In this document: positions 37,774 to 52,989 of the stretch, piece after piece
Position numbering within the stretch: the first letter of the stretch is position 1
Layout of the letters: the number at the start of each line of letters is the position of its first letter
Assembly (NCBI RefSeq): GCF_001194135.2
Contig: NC_068988.1
Location: 61,861,838-61,925,837, forward strand
DNA length: 64,000 bases
DNA from: Octopus bimaculoides
Lineage: Eukaryota
Direction of reading: 5' to 3'
Translations under genes and position numbers: made by a program
The notes under the pieces: generated by a model
Databases searched by the model: none
The model's input: the letters and a program-made list of their open reading frames with translations, nothing else
Told to the model about the DNA's origin: nothing

Positions 37774-38744
37774 CTGAGAGACGAACATCATATATATATA
37801 CAGACAAAGAGAGAGACATTACATATAAATACAAACCCGCGTGTACAACACACTCATTCTCTATCTCGCTCTCTCTGTCAGACGCAGTAGCGCGCACACA
37901 TAAATGCAGACATTTTCAAACCACTACGTAAACAAGCACATATACATATATGTACAGCGTCTGAATTCCTTTATAATTATTGCTAATCATAATATATATG
38001 AACCATTAAAAAGTTACACTGTCACTGCTATCAGCCATGAAAGTTCCTATTTCTTATAAAATTAACTCACGTGGCCATACTTATACTGATTTATTGAACG
38101 ACCTTCCTACGCATGCAATGGACATCATTTAATTGACAGCATGTAGCCTATGATTATTACCGATGAATCCATATTTAGCGTCTATCTCTCTGGTATTAAT
38201 AGAGGTTTCAAATGAATTTAGAATGCCAAAATGTTAAAGACTTGCCGTATTCAGTGAGCTGATATTTAATGAGAATGTCAAGCAATTTCAGAAGTATTTG
38301 CAGCAGTATGAGTTACGTTGCGCTGAATATATATCTACAAACACACACACACACACACACATACACACACACACACACAAATTTTAAGTATGCAGTTCTA
38401 TAACACAAACGTTATCAATGTCATAAACATTACGTATATGGGTTGGTAGACACTTTTTTGGCTACGTCTACTAAATGGCATACTCGATTCAGCTGCTGAC
38501 CTGAAATATATAAAGAGATATCAGAAATCTATCTGCCGATGTGCGCGACATACTACGTCTTTAAAGGAACTTTCTATGGACAGAATATCGCAGCCAAAAT
38601 GCATTGGAGATCATATATACGTTAAGAATATGACAGTGATAATTTTTACACTTCAAATTGCTTCTAACTCAAATTTTGATGTTGTTTTACTTGAGTGGTG
38701 TTGTAGCACATCGCCAAATAGATTTTACGCCATATCTATACAGT

Positions 38745-38940
38745 GATTTCAAATTTTGGTATAAAGCCAGCAATTTCGAGGGAGGAGATAAGTCGATTAC
38801 ATCGACACCAGCGTTCAACTGGTACTTGTTTTATCGACACTGAAGAGTGAAAAGTAAAGTGCTCCTCGGTGGAATTTGAACTCAGAACGACGCTAAGCAT
38901 TTCGCCCAGTATGCCAATTGTTTTCCAGCTCGCTTCCTTG
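38745..38940 (-). mobile_element. Nin/Deu-like SINE
   Basis: agtcgattacatcgacacc, ctcggtggaatttgaactcagaac, ccagctcgc. Confidence 0.85.
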
Positions 38941-39019
38941 CTATATCTATATATCTCTATTTGAAAATGGCTCATGGGCAAAACGACTATGCGGTATTGA
39001 TGAGTTGAAATAACACAAA

Positions 39020-39241
39020 TAGCGATATCTGTCTTTCATGTTCATCTCTGGGTGGAAAATCAACAAGGTGAGAATGCAGAACTTTCGTTTTGGCACAAAG
39101 TCTTTTGATATTGAACAGCCTTTCTGTTGTCCTATATCTTATATAGATCCCTTCAGGGCAATTTTTCAAAGCTATTTGAAAGATTGTTGCGAAATATATA
39201 GCAAACAGTGTAGGATCAGGAATATCACCTTGCTTTACATC
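39020..39241 (-). mobile_element. RTE-clade reverse transcriptase fragment
   Basis: VKQGDIPDPTLFAIYF..EGIYIRYRTTERLFNIKRLCAKTKV matches RTE GVKQG.V.APTLF..G.YIR.RT.G.LFN..RL.AKTKV. Confidence 0.88.
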
Positions 39242-39284
39242 CTATTCTACAGAAATCGAATCTTATAAGTTACGACGACGGGGG

Positions 39285-39583
39285 TCCCAGCTGATACTAT
39301 AAACGGAACAGCCTGCTCATGAATGAAATTAACGTGCAAGTAACTGAGCAATCCACAGACACGTGTAGCTATGAACGTAGGTCTCAGGGAGACTCAGCGT
39401 GACACTTAGCGTGACAAGGTCGGCCCTTTTAAAGACAGGTACCACTCATTTTCGCCAGCTGAGTGGACTGGAGCAGCATGAAATAACGTGTCTTGCTCAA
39501 GGACACAACGCGTCGCCGGGAATCGAACTCACGACCGTACGAACGATCGTGAGCCGAATACCCTAAACACTAAGACACGCGCC
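39285..39583 (-). mobile_element. tRNA-derived SINE, Meta-like domain
   Basis: Reverse complement: ggcgcgtgtcttagtgtttagg..gagttcgattcccggcg..gttgtgtccttgagcaagacac..ccagtccactcagctgg. Confidence 0.88.
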
Positions 39584-40464
39584 TTTACATATATACATAT
39601 AGATACTTACACACATACATATATATATTAATACATATACATACCGACATGCATACATATACTGTTACACATACATAGATTATAAGTACACAATATAAAG
39701 ACGATCGAAGAAGATACACATATACAAGTGTATACACATTTAACATGCTCTTGTACACTAAATCTAAATGTACACAACTCTATTTTAAGGTTCGATGCTT
39801 TATGTGCATATAATAAATTATTTCCAGCTTGGCAAACCTCAGATCACACAAGCAAATACGTTGTTTGCTTGTTTCTATATATATAGTAACAAAAGTTCCG
39901 GATAAGTACCAAATGACCGAGGTTATATCTATCAGAGAGGAGGCAAAATAACGCCTGAACCATATATCTAGTATTCGTTCGACATGATTTGAACCTCATC
40001 ACGATGTGTTTTTGATTCGCGATATGTCAATATAGAGAAAAACTTTTTTTCCACAGGAAAATCTCCTAGCAATTGCGTTTCATATTCTAGTGCACAAGGG
40101 CATATTAAATGTATTTGTGTACACACACACAAACACACACACGCACATACACACAATACACACTCCCCCCCTCACACACACATGGACTCGTAAGCAAACA
40201 CGCGTAGAGAGACACAAACAGTTACATATGCATACATAAAAAAATCCATGAAGGAATAAATTTATTTTTGTACACTTATACACATATTTAGTGCATTATT
40301 TCTATACAGGCACATGTATGTACAGAATATATATATACATATGTGAGCGTATGCGTGCGCGTATGCGTGCGCGTATATAGCATTACATACGTATATAAAT
40401 ACGCGCGCTTGTGGATGAATCTTCATATGCAACTATGTATTTCTGTATGTATATGTGTGTGTGC

Positions 40465-40570
<106 letters not shown>

Positions 40571-41464
40571 GTATTTATGCATGTATTCATATATATATAT
40601 ATTATTGTATACTCTAAATGTTTAAATACTTTCACGATGTATGTGTATTACTATATTTATGCATACATTCACAAATCACCTACTCACACACAGATTTGTC
40701 TCACACTCTCTCTAGCACGATATTCATATATTTATCCATGTATTTATACCTATCCGACTGCCTGTTTCTCAATATGTTTATATATACTTGTATGTAAATA
40801 CCTATATACAAATGCATATACCTACTCAAATATTCGTGTGTGTGTGTGAAATTCTATATGTATGTGTACATGAAATAAATCATGCTGAATAAAAGAGCAA
40901 CAAGGAAAGCAGAATACTCGTATCTGTGTTTATAGCTCCTGAAAATAATTGGAGCGAACCATGCTTAATAAAATGTCTTACTTCTGGAACAATGCCAACA
41001 TCGCATTTGTCTGTAGGATTTTTGTACATTGGCAGATATTATCTTTGCATTGGAAATATAATTACTGTAGTGCTCCAAACATATCATTTAAAATAGCTAT
41101 AGGTTAGTAAATCTGTTATTGATTAAGGATTGTAAACAAAAGATATTGGTCTATGTGACACACATGCATACGTGATGAGGAAAAATAGACTGATATACTG
41201 ATACACATCGATGTATTAAACTGTTGATACACGAAGATGGAAAACGAACGACACAGATATAGGCACATACACACACAGACACACACAGACACACACAGAC
41301 ACACACAGACACACAGACACATACTGGTATTCGTAAGCATGAAACTCTATATTACCTTCTCTATACATTTATGTATACACGTACATACACATCTGTATCT
41401 GTATATATATATATATATATTTATATCTATCTATCTATATATATATATATACGCACACGCACAA

Positions 41465-41546
<82 letters not shown>

Positions 41547-42239
41547 CTATATATATTCATTTTCAAGTATACGAAGAAAAATTCGCGCGTATCCCTTCGT
41601 TATTGTTAAGTAAATCATTGATTATTTGCCTTCGATAAACAAAATCTATATTTCTGTAACATTCTACTCTAAGCTTCTCATTTAACTACTTTTTCACCAC
41701 TGATTACACTCTTTTACTTGCTTTGCGTATATTTTTAAATGCTAATAAATCTTTCAGCGATGTGTGTGTTGTGATGGTATTGTACCTTTATGCGTGTGTG
41801 TATGTGTGTGTCCGTGTGTATGTGCATGCGTGTGTCTGTTTTGGGTCTTCCTGTTTCTCCTACCTTTCAGGACTCTCTCCATATTTCGAAGTAGGAATAT
41901 CTCCGAAACTTCAAAATGAGTAATTCCTACATTACAGAACTAATACCTAATAATTTTCGGCTTCAATTTATACATCATGAACGTTCGGCTGTGATTCATG
42001 GATTCCCAACTGTGAGCGAAAATCTTTTTGGGCGGTTAACGAAGTATATATATTAAAAAAGAATTAGATTTCAATTTGTTGACCTATGAAACGATATGTT
42101 TACTGTATTCTGTCATACTTAAAAATATTGTTTTATTATTATTTAAACTACAGTAAAATTTATGAAGGACGCCACTCCAACCGTGCCCTTAATTTTCATT
42201 CTATACAGCTACAAAGTGTCTCACGCTGAAGATGTGTCT

Positions 42240-42500
42240 GCTCCTTCTTTTGTTTGCCATAAATATTCCGACCTCCGGTTCAATGGTATCTCATTCCATT
42301 CCCTAGCACTCCCATAAAGCCCTCTGCTTCCCAGACTTCTGTGGCTTTCCATGAATTCCACTCAAAATTTTGTCTTTCCTTCTCACGCTACATTTCCTTT
42401 GTCCATCTCCTCGCCCTATAATTTTCTCTAAACCTCTCCATTTCTTTCCTAATCATTGACCCTCTTGAATATTCTTTGCTTGGCAACGCAGGTGTTAATC
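42240..42500 (-). mobile_element. possible CR1/L2 3' coding remnant
   Basis: KILSGI..HGK..EWNEIP resembles YKIL.G..RGH..WN.LP. Confidence 0.4.
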
Positions 42501-44313
42501 TAAAAATTTTCAATACGACTATTAATGGTATTAATTTTCGCGAGCAAGGTTTGCAACTCGCTGTAAACCTAGCACTTTCTTAAAATCGATAAGTGCTTTT
42601 CTCAATAAATAACTTTCTGTACCAAGCGACTAACATACATAACTTTTAGCTGAAGTCCTCGAAGTCGATAACGCTATAAATATAGGTTAAACCTCTTTTA
42701 GATAGAAAATGTCTTACGTTGACTGTGGAATTTCTCCCACTGTAAATTCTTAAGGCATAAATATTATAGTTTGAGTTCGAATATAGAAATATGCTTACTT
42801 TATGTGAAATAGTAAAGTAGCCAAAATGCTTTATACATACGTTATGTATTCGCTTGTACGGAATAACCAAAATATGAATTTTTAGCTGCTGCTGTTGCCA
42901 TTTTTTAAATACAACTTTACTATTACTGAGCAGATCCAACATTAATAACGTTTAAATGCCTTTGTATATAAGATTATCTCAATTCTCAAAGCATTTTCTA
43001 ATTTGAAAACTGCATTTTCTGATATGAAGAGGAGTTGACTGTTGTATGCAGCGAAACAACTGACAGCTTTAATTAGCTATTGATAGCTTTTGATTTACGA
43101 ATAAGACATTTTTATGGAAAGTAACGGATTTTAATTCTTGGCCAAATTATGTATTTTCTGCAATGTTTACATTCTGTCACAATATTGCCTTCCACCATGC
43201 TCTAATATAAATGCATCATTATAATTATCATTCCATTGCAAAGCCCATTAGCTTCATATCAATTTGCAATCGCTTTACAATGTATCCATTTTAAGGTAAA
43301 TATATCGGAAAACTATCTACAAAAGTTACATCTCTTTAGGAATTGCATTAGATAATTGTACATATTGTCTCACTCAAAATAGGAATGAATGTGTTTGCAA
43401 CTATCCCTCAATGTTTCGATAAATTTCATTATTTAAAGAACAACAGCGTTAGGATTTTTGAAAATCCCTTCATAAAAAAAAAAGGCGAAAGCAAACAATG
43501 AACTACCATTACGACTATTATGATATTAATTTCCCCCTCGTTCATCCAGCCATGAATCAGTTCTCTGCTTAGTTCCCTTTGACACTTTTTCTAACGCACT
43601 GGAGCTATTCTTATTTCATAGTTGGTATATGTATCGACCATTTACTCCCAGGCATCCCCAAATCATTGACGACGCTATGAACGAACCTAAATGCATTTGA
43701 GCATGGCTGCATTGAGAATAATTCAAAAGATTACTACTACGTCTGTGTAATTGTTGTAGTTATTATCCATAGCATGGGCGTCTTGTCCAAAATATTCCTT
43801 CGTTCTTCGAACAAAAGAATACAGTGAAATGAATCAGAATCCGCATTCAGTAGGATAATTTCACTGTAACCCTTGATGTTATTTACGTTAATCAATATGA
43901 CGATGTCCTTTATAATACTGTTTTGGTCCAGGTAAAATCGTTTTTACGAAAGCAATGCATGCATAACAATTTCATGTAGAAATGTAAACAGAGACCGAAT
44001 TGAAATGCTGTGAGGCATATTTTCTAAATTCAATCTATGGTATATGAATGTTCAGGTAATCACGTTTCTCATAAAGCAGTGGTTACGAACGTTTTGTGCC
44101 ATAAGCTCAAAGGATATATTTCCACAATGTTCGCATCCCTGTAAAAAGTAATAACACATTTGCAAAACAAACAATATATTAATTTTGTAATACCGAGATT
44201 GGTTTGGTTTAAATTGAACTACATACCGTGATTTTGAATTATAAAATTCTTGATGCGCTCAATAGAATATTATTTTTAAAAGTTAATAATTTTATTCTGA
44301 AGAGAATTTTAAA

Positions 44314-44531
44314 TAAAGGGGTGCTGAAAAGTTCATGACTTTGGGTAACAGAAAATAAAGGAGACTCAGATAATTATAATTTTATTCTACATATTCCCCT
44401 CTCGAATTCACACTCTTATTGCACCGGTTCTTCGGGTTTCCTAACTCCTGTAAAAGAACTCAGAATATTGGGTCCCCAACCAGGCCTTTCGCGACACCTA
44501 AAAGCTGAGAACGTTTCAGCACCCTTTCGTA
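44314..44531. mobile_element. mariner-type MITE, 218 bp
   Basis: TIRs aggggtgctgaaaagttc / gaacgtttcagcaccctttcg, TA at both ends. Confidence 0.85.
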
Positions 44532-44904
44532 CTTCTTTTTTTTTTATGCTCTGAGATACCATCCATAGTGATGATCACACTCTAGCCGGGAAGCCACAGT
44601 CTTATACAAGTATCAAAATAGGATCGAGAACAAGTTGCATAATGCGCGTCTTCTTGCCAGTTTGATTTTATCATAAACATAATTGGGTAAAAACCACGCT
44701 GTATAAATAGTGATAAATAGTGGTCCAGCTGACAAGAAATGATAGACAAGACCTTGAACTACGCCAGTCTCTATAGACCATCTATTAATATACATATGTT
44801 TTCTTCGTACTTTATCTTACAAACGGTGTAACTTAATGCCGTGCTTTACATTCAAATGTATAGGTGAAATTGAATGATAATTCGATCGCTAATCTGAGCC
44901 TATT

Positions 44905-45050
44905 GTTTAAGTGGTACTTATTTAATCGACTCCAAAAGGATGTAAGGCAACGCGGACCTGGGCGGAATTTGAGCGCAGAACGTAAAGACGGATTAAATGC
45001 TACTAAGCATTTTACACGGTGTGCTAACACGTCAGCCAGCTCACTGCTAA
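44905..45050 (-). mobile_element. Nin/Deu-like SINE
   Basis: ggtacttatttaatcgactccaaaaggatgtaaggc..ggcggaatttgagc..cagccagctc. Confidence 0.82.
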
Positions 45051-47678
45051 AATATTACCATCAACCTACCTTATGCTTTGATTGAATTTGAACTTTAAAA
45101 CAAAATATATTTATTCTTGTTCCGTTCAATCTTGGTTTTAGTATTTTAATTTTATCTCGCACATCTTTCAATTACTACCAACATCAAACACATTATATGC
45201 GGTGAAACGGGAAATGTGTACGTCGCGAGTTGCTGAAAATATTCAAGGGAAACGCTGCCGCCAGTCACAACGAAAATGCTTCGTCATAGTGTGTTAACAG
45301 TGCTTTAGCATTTATTTCTTTACGTAGCTTTGTCATTACTTCAAATATAATGATTACAATGGTGATCAATACCAAAGTTATTGATTATTTAGATACGAAA
45401 CATTTAAAGCTGTTAGAAGATGAAAAATGAGTCACTTTAACTTGCAGGCTGTATTCTTGCGAAATTAGCTAGTGTAAACCCGAATTACATAAGGAAATGT
45501 AATTAGATAGCTGAGGTTTTTAGTTAACGATTTACTCTCCTTGTAGTACGATGTACAATTTTATTATACGAGTAAATCCTGTATTCGTGTTCAAGTGACT
45601 TGCTAGAGATAGGAGCTAAATTCTCATTAGGTGCAAGAATATGCTATTCTAAAATGTGAACAACGCAATGTATAATATAGTTCTTTTGATTATGAGTGAA
45701 GACAAATTTGTCTAGAGGATGTTCCGAAATTAAGGAAACCGAAGTTTCGGGCTATAATTACTAATCAATAAATGTGACAAGATATGAAAATTATACATCA
45801 TTATAAAAACGTAATGTGTCTTCTTTCTTGTTTCACACTAAATAAATTCATATTTATAAACTATATAATGGCTATAGTTCAAAATACAATTATAACCCTC
45901 CAGAAAGGAGGCGAGAGTAATACAGTTATATAGAAAAGAAGCTTAAGATTGACAGTAAGTCTCGAAAATTGTCAAGCAATTTCATGAGACTGGTTTTACT
46001 GCTGATTGACCTGGACGTGGCAGATGTATTTTGTCGACCTAATTTTTTACTACATCGTGCTGTCTTTATGATTAAAGTACATAAGAATTACCACAGTGCT
46101 TAAGTTTAAAAAATAATGAATTAGAATAGAATCTGCGCAATGAGACAAGAGCATTGGTATTTATGCTTAAACAATTCTTCTCATATTTGGGCAACAAATC
46201 AACTGCTTGTGTTTAAATATGTAGTAACTAGATTATATATATTATTGTAGGGAAAGGGACCATTGCAACGATTTGGAATCACGCTGTCTGTCAAGGGGAA
46301 GAGTACAGATACTAACACATGCTGTTATTTAGAAGTTGTAGTGATCATGAAGGACGGTATTGTATATATCATTATAAATTTTCTATTTCAACAAATTTGA
46401 AGATCACATGTTTCTTTTAATGTTTATCATCAGTATATTTACACATGAAATTGTGCCTGTTGATTGGGAAAAGACTAAATGCGCGTAAATATTCTGTAAT
46501 AATGTAACGAGTGGGTGTAATAAAAATTGAATATTTGTTTTATTGCAAATTACTAATGCACTTGCAATGTGTTAAATGAAATGTATTAAACACGACCATA
46601 TGAAACAAGAATTCCAAGTGTAATTGCATTTTAAGATACATTTTATTGATTTTTCACTCATTTCAGTTAAAATCTTCAAAACGTTATGAAAATACTGAAC
46701 AAAACTCATTAACAAAACTCATTAAATTCTTTTGTTACGAAATAAATTTTGTTTTCATTTATTTTTATTCCATAAATATGATTTAATTTTAATTTATGAA
46801 ACATCTAAATAATTGGAATAGTTGTGTTTTGAAGCCCTAGGTCTGTCTTTATTTAGAAACCTGTGTAGAAAGATGTGGGAACCATGATTGAACCTTTATA
46901 TCTTTCAGCATTGCAGATGTGGTATTATGTCATTCCCATTTCAATATAATTTGGAGTAATATTAGGAATATTTTCTGCTTTTCCTTGGAGACTATGCAAC
47001 GCCATAGTAGCAAACTTCTTGGTTGAATAATATCAGGATGGAAGATTATCTCTTAAAATTATAACTACCGTCAAATATAAATATGATTATCAATAGTAAA
47101 CATTTGATTAAAACCATCTCATTTATCGGTCGCAGCTAAGACAAACGTATTTCCAATAATATATTAATCTTAATTTCAACATTAAAATAAGTATATTTAC
47201 TGATATATTTTCGTTAAGTTGTGTAAATTTTCATTTAATTATGGTAGTAGGACAGATCTGATTTCGGTGCTTTTATCGCATGAAGGAGAATCATCGTAAG
47301 TTATTAGAAAAAGCAGTCTGTCGAAACTCGCCAGTGGTATCACAGTTTGCTTTCATCAATTATTTTAGATGCCTAAGAAGTCATAAATAGTTTTGAAACC
47401 CTCGCTACATCGATCTGCGTCCTTCAGTGAGGAGAATATTTATATTGAGATCGTTGGGGTCAAAAATTGATGCGCTCGTGTGTTAAACAAAAGTACTTTG
47501 CTGAAGGGCACAGCTCAAGACCCGGTTCAGCTAGTGAATCAACGAACTTACGATCCTGATACGAGGTCAGAGACCTTTAGGTTATGTGCATTTACAGAAT
47601 TAGGAAGGTTAAGGATGAAATATTACCTGCGAACCTGAAAAAACACACGCGCGCGCGCGCGCACGCACACACACACAG

Positions 47679-47721
<43 letters not shown>

Positions 47722-48584
47722 TATATATACTCACACGACAAAATTATTCACATTCGTATAATTATGCCTAAGATGTTATTAGTATTGAAATCATAAATAC
47801 TGCATGCTACAAACAATTGATAACGTTACCCAGTCTTTATTTCGAAGTAATGCCAAAGAAAAAAATTACCTTTTCTTTCTTTTATTGGTAAGCATACACA
47901 TTGATATATTTACGCATAAACAAGAATTAATCTAATAACACTTCAAACACCGAGTATTTCTGTATAAGTACGTAATATGTTGCTATGTCTAAGATTTTTA
48001 ATATTTACATAATTTAGCTTTGTATGAACATTTTAATTTAGAAAAATACATACGAATTAAAAATCCAGGAAAAAATTTTGGAAAAATCGTCTCATGGAAA
48101 AATTATTTCAGTCAAACATCACCCCTCCAAATACAAAACAGGAAAATTTTCAAAAAAGCTTCAATAAATACAATAAAAATCTGATTCAGTGATATTTTCG
48201 ATGATATTTAAGATATGAAAGGAAACTTTTTTTCCAACGTTTTGTATAAAATAGGATGTTATCAATGAAAATAAGATATGTATTTTGAATTAGCGAGCAA
48301 CTGATTAGATAATTTGGTTCGTTCTTCTTACTTTTAGTTATACAAATGAGGTATATTTTTTTTATCCTTCATTTTTGTTATCATAGACAAGATTAAAATT
48401 TATTCTCTGTGAGCTTTTCATGATCATCGTTAAGGAGGAATTGTAGGTCAAAGACACAAGAAAGTAGCAATGAAAATAGTACGTTCAGGTACATTCAGTT
48501 AGGTTAACTGAAAAGCAGAATAAATAGAGAAAAGAAATAAATTATTGCACAAATGTTGTTACCTTCCTTAACAGAAAAAGTAAA

Positions 48585-48745
48585 CCTTTCTACTATAGGC
48601 ACAAGTTTGGAAATTTCAGGGCGAGGAGTAATCGATTAGATTACTGGTTCTTAATTTATCGATCCAGAAAGGCAAAGTCAATCTCGGCGGGATTTCAACT
48701 GAGAAAATAGCGACGGGTGAACTACCGCTAAGCATTTTGCGCGGC
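48585..48745 (-). mobile_element. Nin/Deu-like SINE, head replaced by a tandem array
   Basis: ttctactataggcacaag tail, aggcaaagtcaatctcggcgg domain. Confidence 0.8.
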
Positions 48746-48885
48746 TTATTGGTAGACAAGATAATAGCCTACCCGCCTTATTGGTAGACAAAATAATATT
48801 GGTAGACAAAATAATAGCCTACCCGCCTTATTGGTAGACAAAATAATAGCCTACCCGCCTTATTGGTAGACAAAATAATAGTCTA
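48746..48885. repeat. 32-bp minisatellite TTATTGGTAGACAAAATAATAGCCTACCCGCC, ~4.5 units, one truncated
   Basis: Seen directly. Confidence 0.97.
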
Positions 48886-49404
48886 GTAGGAGAATATTCG
48901 AATATGCACATGTATCTAATTAACATATTAAGGACATATCACTCACATGAAATACTAATTGATGAATGCAAAAGACTTATATGTACCTATGTATATATGT
49001 GTGTATGTATGTAATTATTCAGTTTTATTTCAAGATATTTTGCAAATAGAGAAAGAGCCGGTTTCTAAACTACATCTAAGGTTGTATGTATATATGTATT
49101 ATGTATGTATGTACGTACATACGTATGTATGTATGCTTGCAGTCATGCTTGCATGCCAGCATATGTGCATGACAGCGTGTGTAGTAGCAACTAGGTATGC
49201 GGATACTTTAATAGAGAGTGTGTTTATTCAATTGCAAAGATGGTATTGGCTTCAATAATCCTTTGCATGTATGATATTCTTGGACATCATCATCTTATTT
49301 GTATGATAAACTTGAAGAAAGAATACATTCCTATAGATATTCTAACTAGCAAACAATAAATAATATTTAATTGTTCATGATTCAGACAGTAGTATGACTT
49401 TATG

Positions 49405-49491
<87 letters not shown>

Positions 49492-49495
49492 GTAT
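49405..49495. repeat. (TATC)n microsatellite; a similar array lies at 53505-53570
   Basis: Seen directly. Confidence 0.95.
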
Positions 49496-50563
49496 CAATC
49501 TGTCTATTTGTTTGTCTGTCTTTTTTCTTTCTATTGTATTTATAATACTTGTGCATTAGCAACATTAATTTAGAGAGTATTTAATACAAAGTCCTGAATT
49601 ATTAATTAAACTTCAATGTTGCATAATACAAACGTGTGGAACAAAAGAAGAAACAGGTGGTTGTTTGCATTTGCAAGTCTTATACAAAGACCACCATTAG
49701 TTTGGATAAGTTTCTTTGACGTACGCAAAATAAGAATGTGGCTATTCGGGAGTGAGTATTTGTCTAAGAAGGAAATAAAATTTCGCCTGAATACAAATAT
49801 GTTAAGATTGTATAGAAATATATAATGTCTTTATGTACATGCATAATTTACACGAAATATTAATATGTTTCATGTAACTGCATAATTTACGAATTAATAT
49901 TATTAATGTGCATCAAGAAATAACGCGACCATTAAGAGTAATATCGCAATGCGAATTATAAACTACTTGAAAATATTTAATTAAAATCTGGGCGATATAC
50001 TACAATAGATTTTAGTTTCGTTAGTTATGTTAGCATTCGAGGAACATAGTGAATGCAATCAACATCAATGTAATCGTACATCGATGTTTAACTAGAACTA
50101 GTAGGATTCGTAATCTCCAGACGAAACAATTATGTCTGAGAAAGGGAAAGAAACATTTGAGAGACAGAAACACATAGAAAATGGAAGAGAGAACAGTATA
50201 TTATATCAGTCACAGAAATGGTTTGATCACAAAAATATTATCAAAGAGATCTGCGGTCATATTTGGTTTGTACATTTCTATATCTAGAATTACGTGACTG
50301 TCTTTACTTCTCAAATCACATGAGGTAGATATAGAGAAAAAGAGCGGGATGGAAGCACAGTATGATCTGATGGAGGTTTCTTCTGGCATAACGTGTATCA
50401 TCAAATGTGGACAAATTTAAATTCTGATTCCTTTGATGTATGTGTAAATCCAACAAAGGGCAATGGAGTGAGCATTTCTTTTTATTACACTATTCTGCAT
50501 GAAAACCTGACCAGTAGATGAGGTAAATGCTGTAAACTCCAGAGTTAACACACGAAATAACAC

Positions 50564-50627
<64 letters not shown>

Positions 50628-50704
50628 ACACACTCATATATGTATATACATATATGATGATTGCCACTACTTTACAGAAGAAGCCATCTTTTCAATTAAT
50701 AAAT

Positions 50705-51100
50705 AGTGTCATGAGATCTTATATGACTGGCAAGTCCTGCTCTTGACAAACTGAATCTACTGCGGATCTTATAACATTTTTAAGTAGAAAAGTGCCTGGA
50801 ATTGTAGTTAAGTTCTGTCTAAGAAGCGCTCATTTCAAGATAGCTTCAAAGGCTTTACATCTCTTTTAGATCATATGTTTCCAAACCAAATCGATCTTGC
50901 GTCATCTGCTCCCAGTCTTCAACTTTCACATTAAGAGCCTCAAGGTTGCTTTTGACAGCTTCCCTAAAACGTTTCTTCCGTTTATGTCACGAACGTTTGC
51001 CGCGCTGCAACTCCCTGTAAAACAACTGCTTTGACAGCCTGTCATCCTGCATCCTAGCAAGGGGCTCACTCTAACGCACCTTATTGCCTATGAGGATCAT
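50705..51100 (-). mobile_element. RTE-clade LINE 3' coding end
   Basis: RMQDDRLSKQLFYRELQRGKRS..KKRFREAVKSNL..WEQMTQDR..SRAGLASHIRSH. Confidence 0.9.
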
Positions 51101-52512
51101 TTCAATACTGAAGAACAACGGTGTCTGGTGTTAAAGACACACACACACACACACACACACACAAATAAACACACACCTATATATAAATNNNNNNNNNNNN
51201 NNNNNNNNNNNNNNNNNNNNNNNNNNNNNNNNNNNNNNNNNNNNNNNNNNNNNNNNNNNNNNNNNNNNNNNNNNNNNNNNNNNNNNNNNNNNNNNNNNNN
51301 NNNNNNNNNNNNNNNNNNNNNNNNNNNNNNNNNNNNNNNNNNNNNNNNNNNNNNNNNNNNNNNNNNNNNNNNNNNNNNNNNNNNNNNNNNNNNNNNNNNN
51401 NNNNNNNNNNNNNNNNNNNNNNNNNNNNNNNNNNNNNNNNNNNNNNNNNNNNNNNNNNNNNNNNNNNNNNNNNNNNNNNNNNNNNNNNNNNNNNNNNNNN
51501 NNNNNNNNNNNNNNNNNNNNNNNNNNNNNNNNNNNNNNNNNNNNNNNNNNNNNNNNNNNNNNNNNNNNNNNNNNNNNNNNNNNNNNNNNNNNNNNNNNNN
51601 NNNNNNNNNNNNNNNNNNNNNNNNNNNNNNNNNNNNNNNNNNNNNNNNNNNNNNNNNNNNNNNNNNNNNNNNNNNNNNNNNNNNNNNNNNNNNNNNNNNN
51701 NNNNNNNNNNNNNNNNNNNNNNNNNNNNNNNNNNNNNNNNNNNNNNNNNNNNNNNNNNNNNNNNNNNNNNNNNNNNNNNNNNNNNNNNNNNNNNNNNNNN
51801 NNNNNNNNNNNNNNNNNNNNNNNNNNNNNNNNNNNNNNNNNNNNNNNNNNNNNNNNNNNNNNNNNNNNNNNNNAGAGAGAGAGAGAGAGAGAGATACAGA
51901 TATAGATATAGATATATATATATACACTGAAGCTCTTATATACTAATAATAAATCAAACATATCTTGACAAGGTATAGGCGTTTCAATTTACATCATTAT
52001 ATATAAATGACTTGCGTTTATGCGCCCTCGATTTCTGAACAAAACTGTGTTTCTTATTTTAATATTTATTTCGACGCCTTGCATTGAATTGTTATGTGAA
52101 CTTCACCAGAAACGCAGGCACGTGAAGATAGCTCCTCCCCTTCCATTAATTTTTAGCGTAACACGACATCCGATCATTTCATATTTTAACATATGAATAA
52201 ATTCGATAACGATGAATAAATTATAAATGAAACGCATTTCAATACATGTGCTCCGATTATCACTTTTCAAATTCTTACTTCAGCAAATCTTTAACAATAT
52301 TTCAAGGAGATTCCACGTTCTATGGAGGTCCGACAGCGCAATAGAAAAGCGATGTCATTTTACAGAACGACGATTTACGCAACAACTGCTTAACCTTTTA
52401 ATATTCTGTGAAATATCTCTGCATGCTACCATGTGTGAGGTAGTCTTCTTTTCAAAAGTGTATTAACGCTTTAAAAATTAATCATAAAAATGAAAATGGA
52501 TAAATAAAGTGT

Positions 52513-52664
52513 GCGTGTATTGTAAGAAGATTGCTTCCCTAATACATGATTCAGAGTTCAGTTCTATTGCGTGGCACCTTGGACGAGTGCCTTCTACAAT
52601 AGCCGCGGGCCGACCGAAAGCATGTAAGTGGACATGGTAGACGAAAACTGAAAGAGGCCTGTCG

Positions 52665-52699
<35 letters not shown>

Positions 52700-52965
52700 A
52701 GAGAGAGANNNNNNNNNNGAGAGAGAGAGAGAGAGAGAGATAGAGAGATGTATGGGGTGGGGGTGTCGTTGTTTCCCGGCTTTTCCCCACTCCACACCGG
52801 ATGACAACCACTGCTAGTTTGTATACATCCCCGTAACTTAGCAGTTCGGCAAAAGAATCCGATAGAATAAGTACGAGGCTTTAAAACGTAATATGTAGTT
52901 GGGTAGATACATATGACTACAAGATTTTCTAGGCGTGCTCCAGCGAGACCTCAGTCTAATGAAGT
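52513..52965 (+). mobile_element. CORE-type SINE with internal (TA)n/(GA)n
   Basis: gcgtggcaccttggacgagtgccttctac core, ccccgtaacttagcagttcggcaaaag, gctccagc tail. Confidence 0.88.
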
Positions 52966-52989
52966 ATATTACAAATACGTTCATAATAT

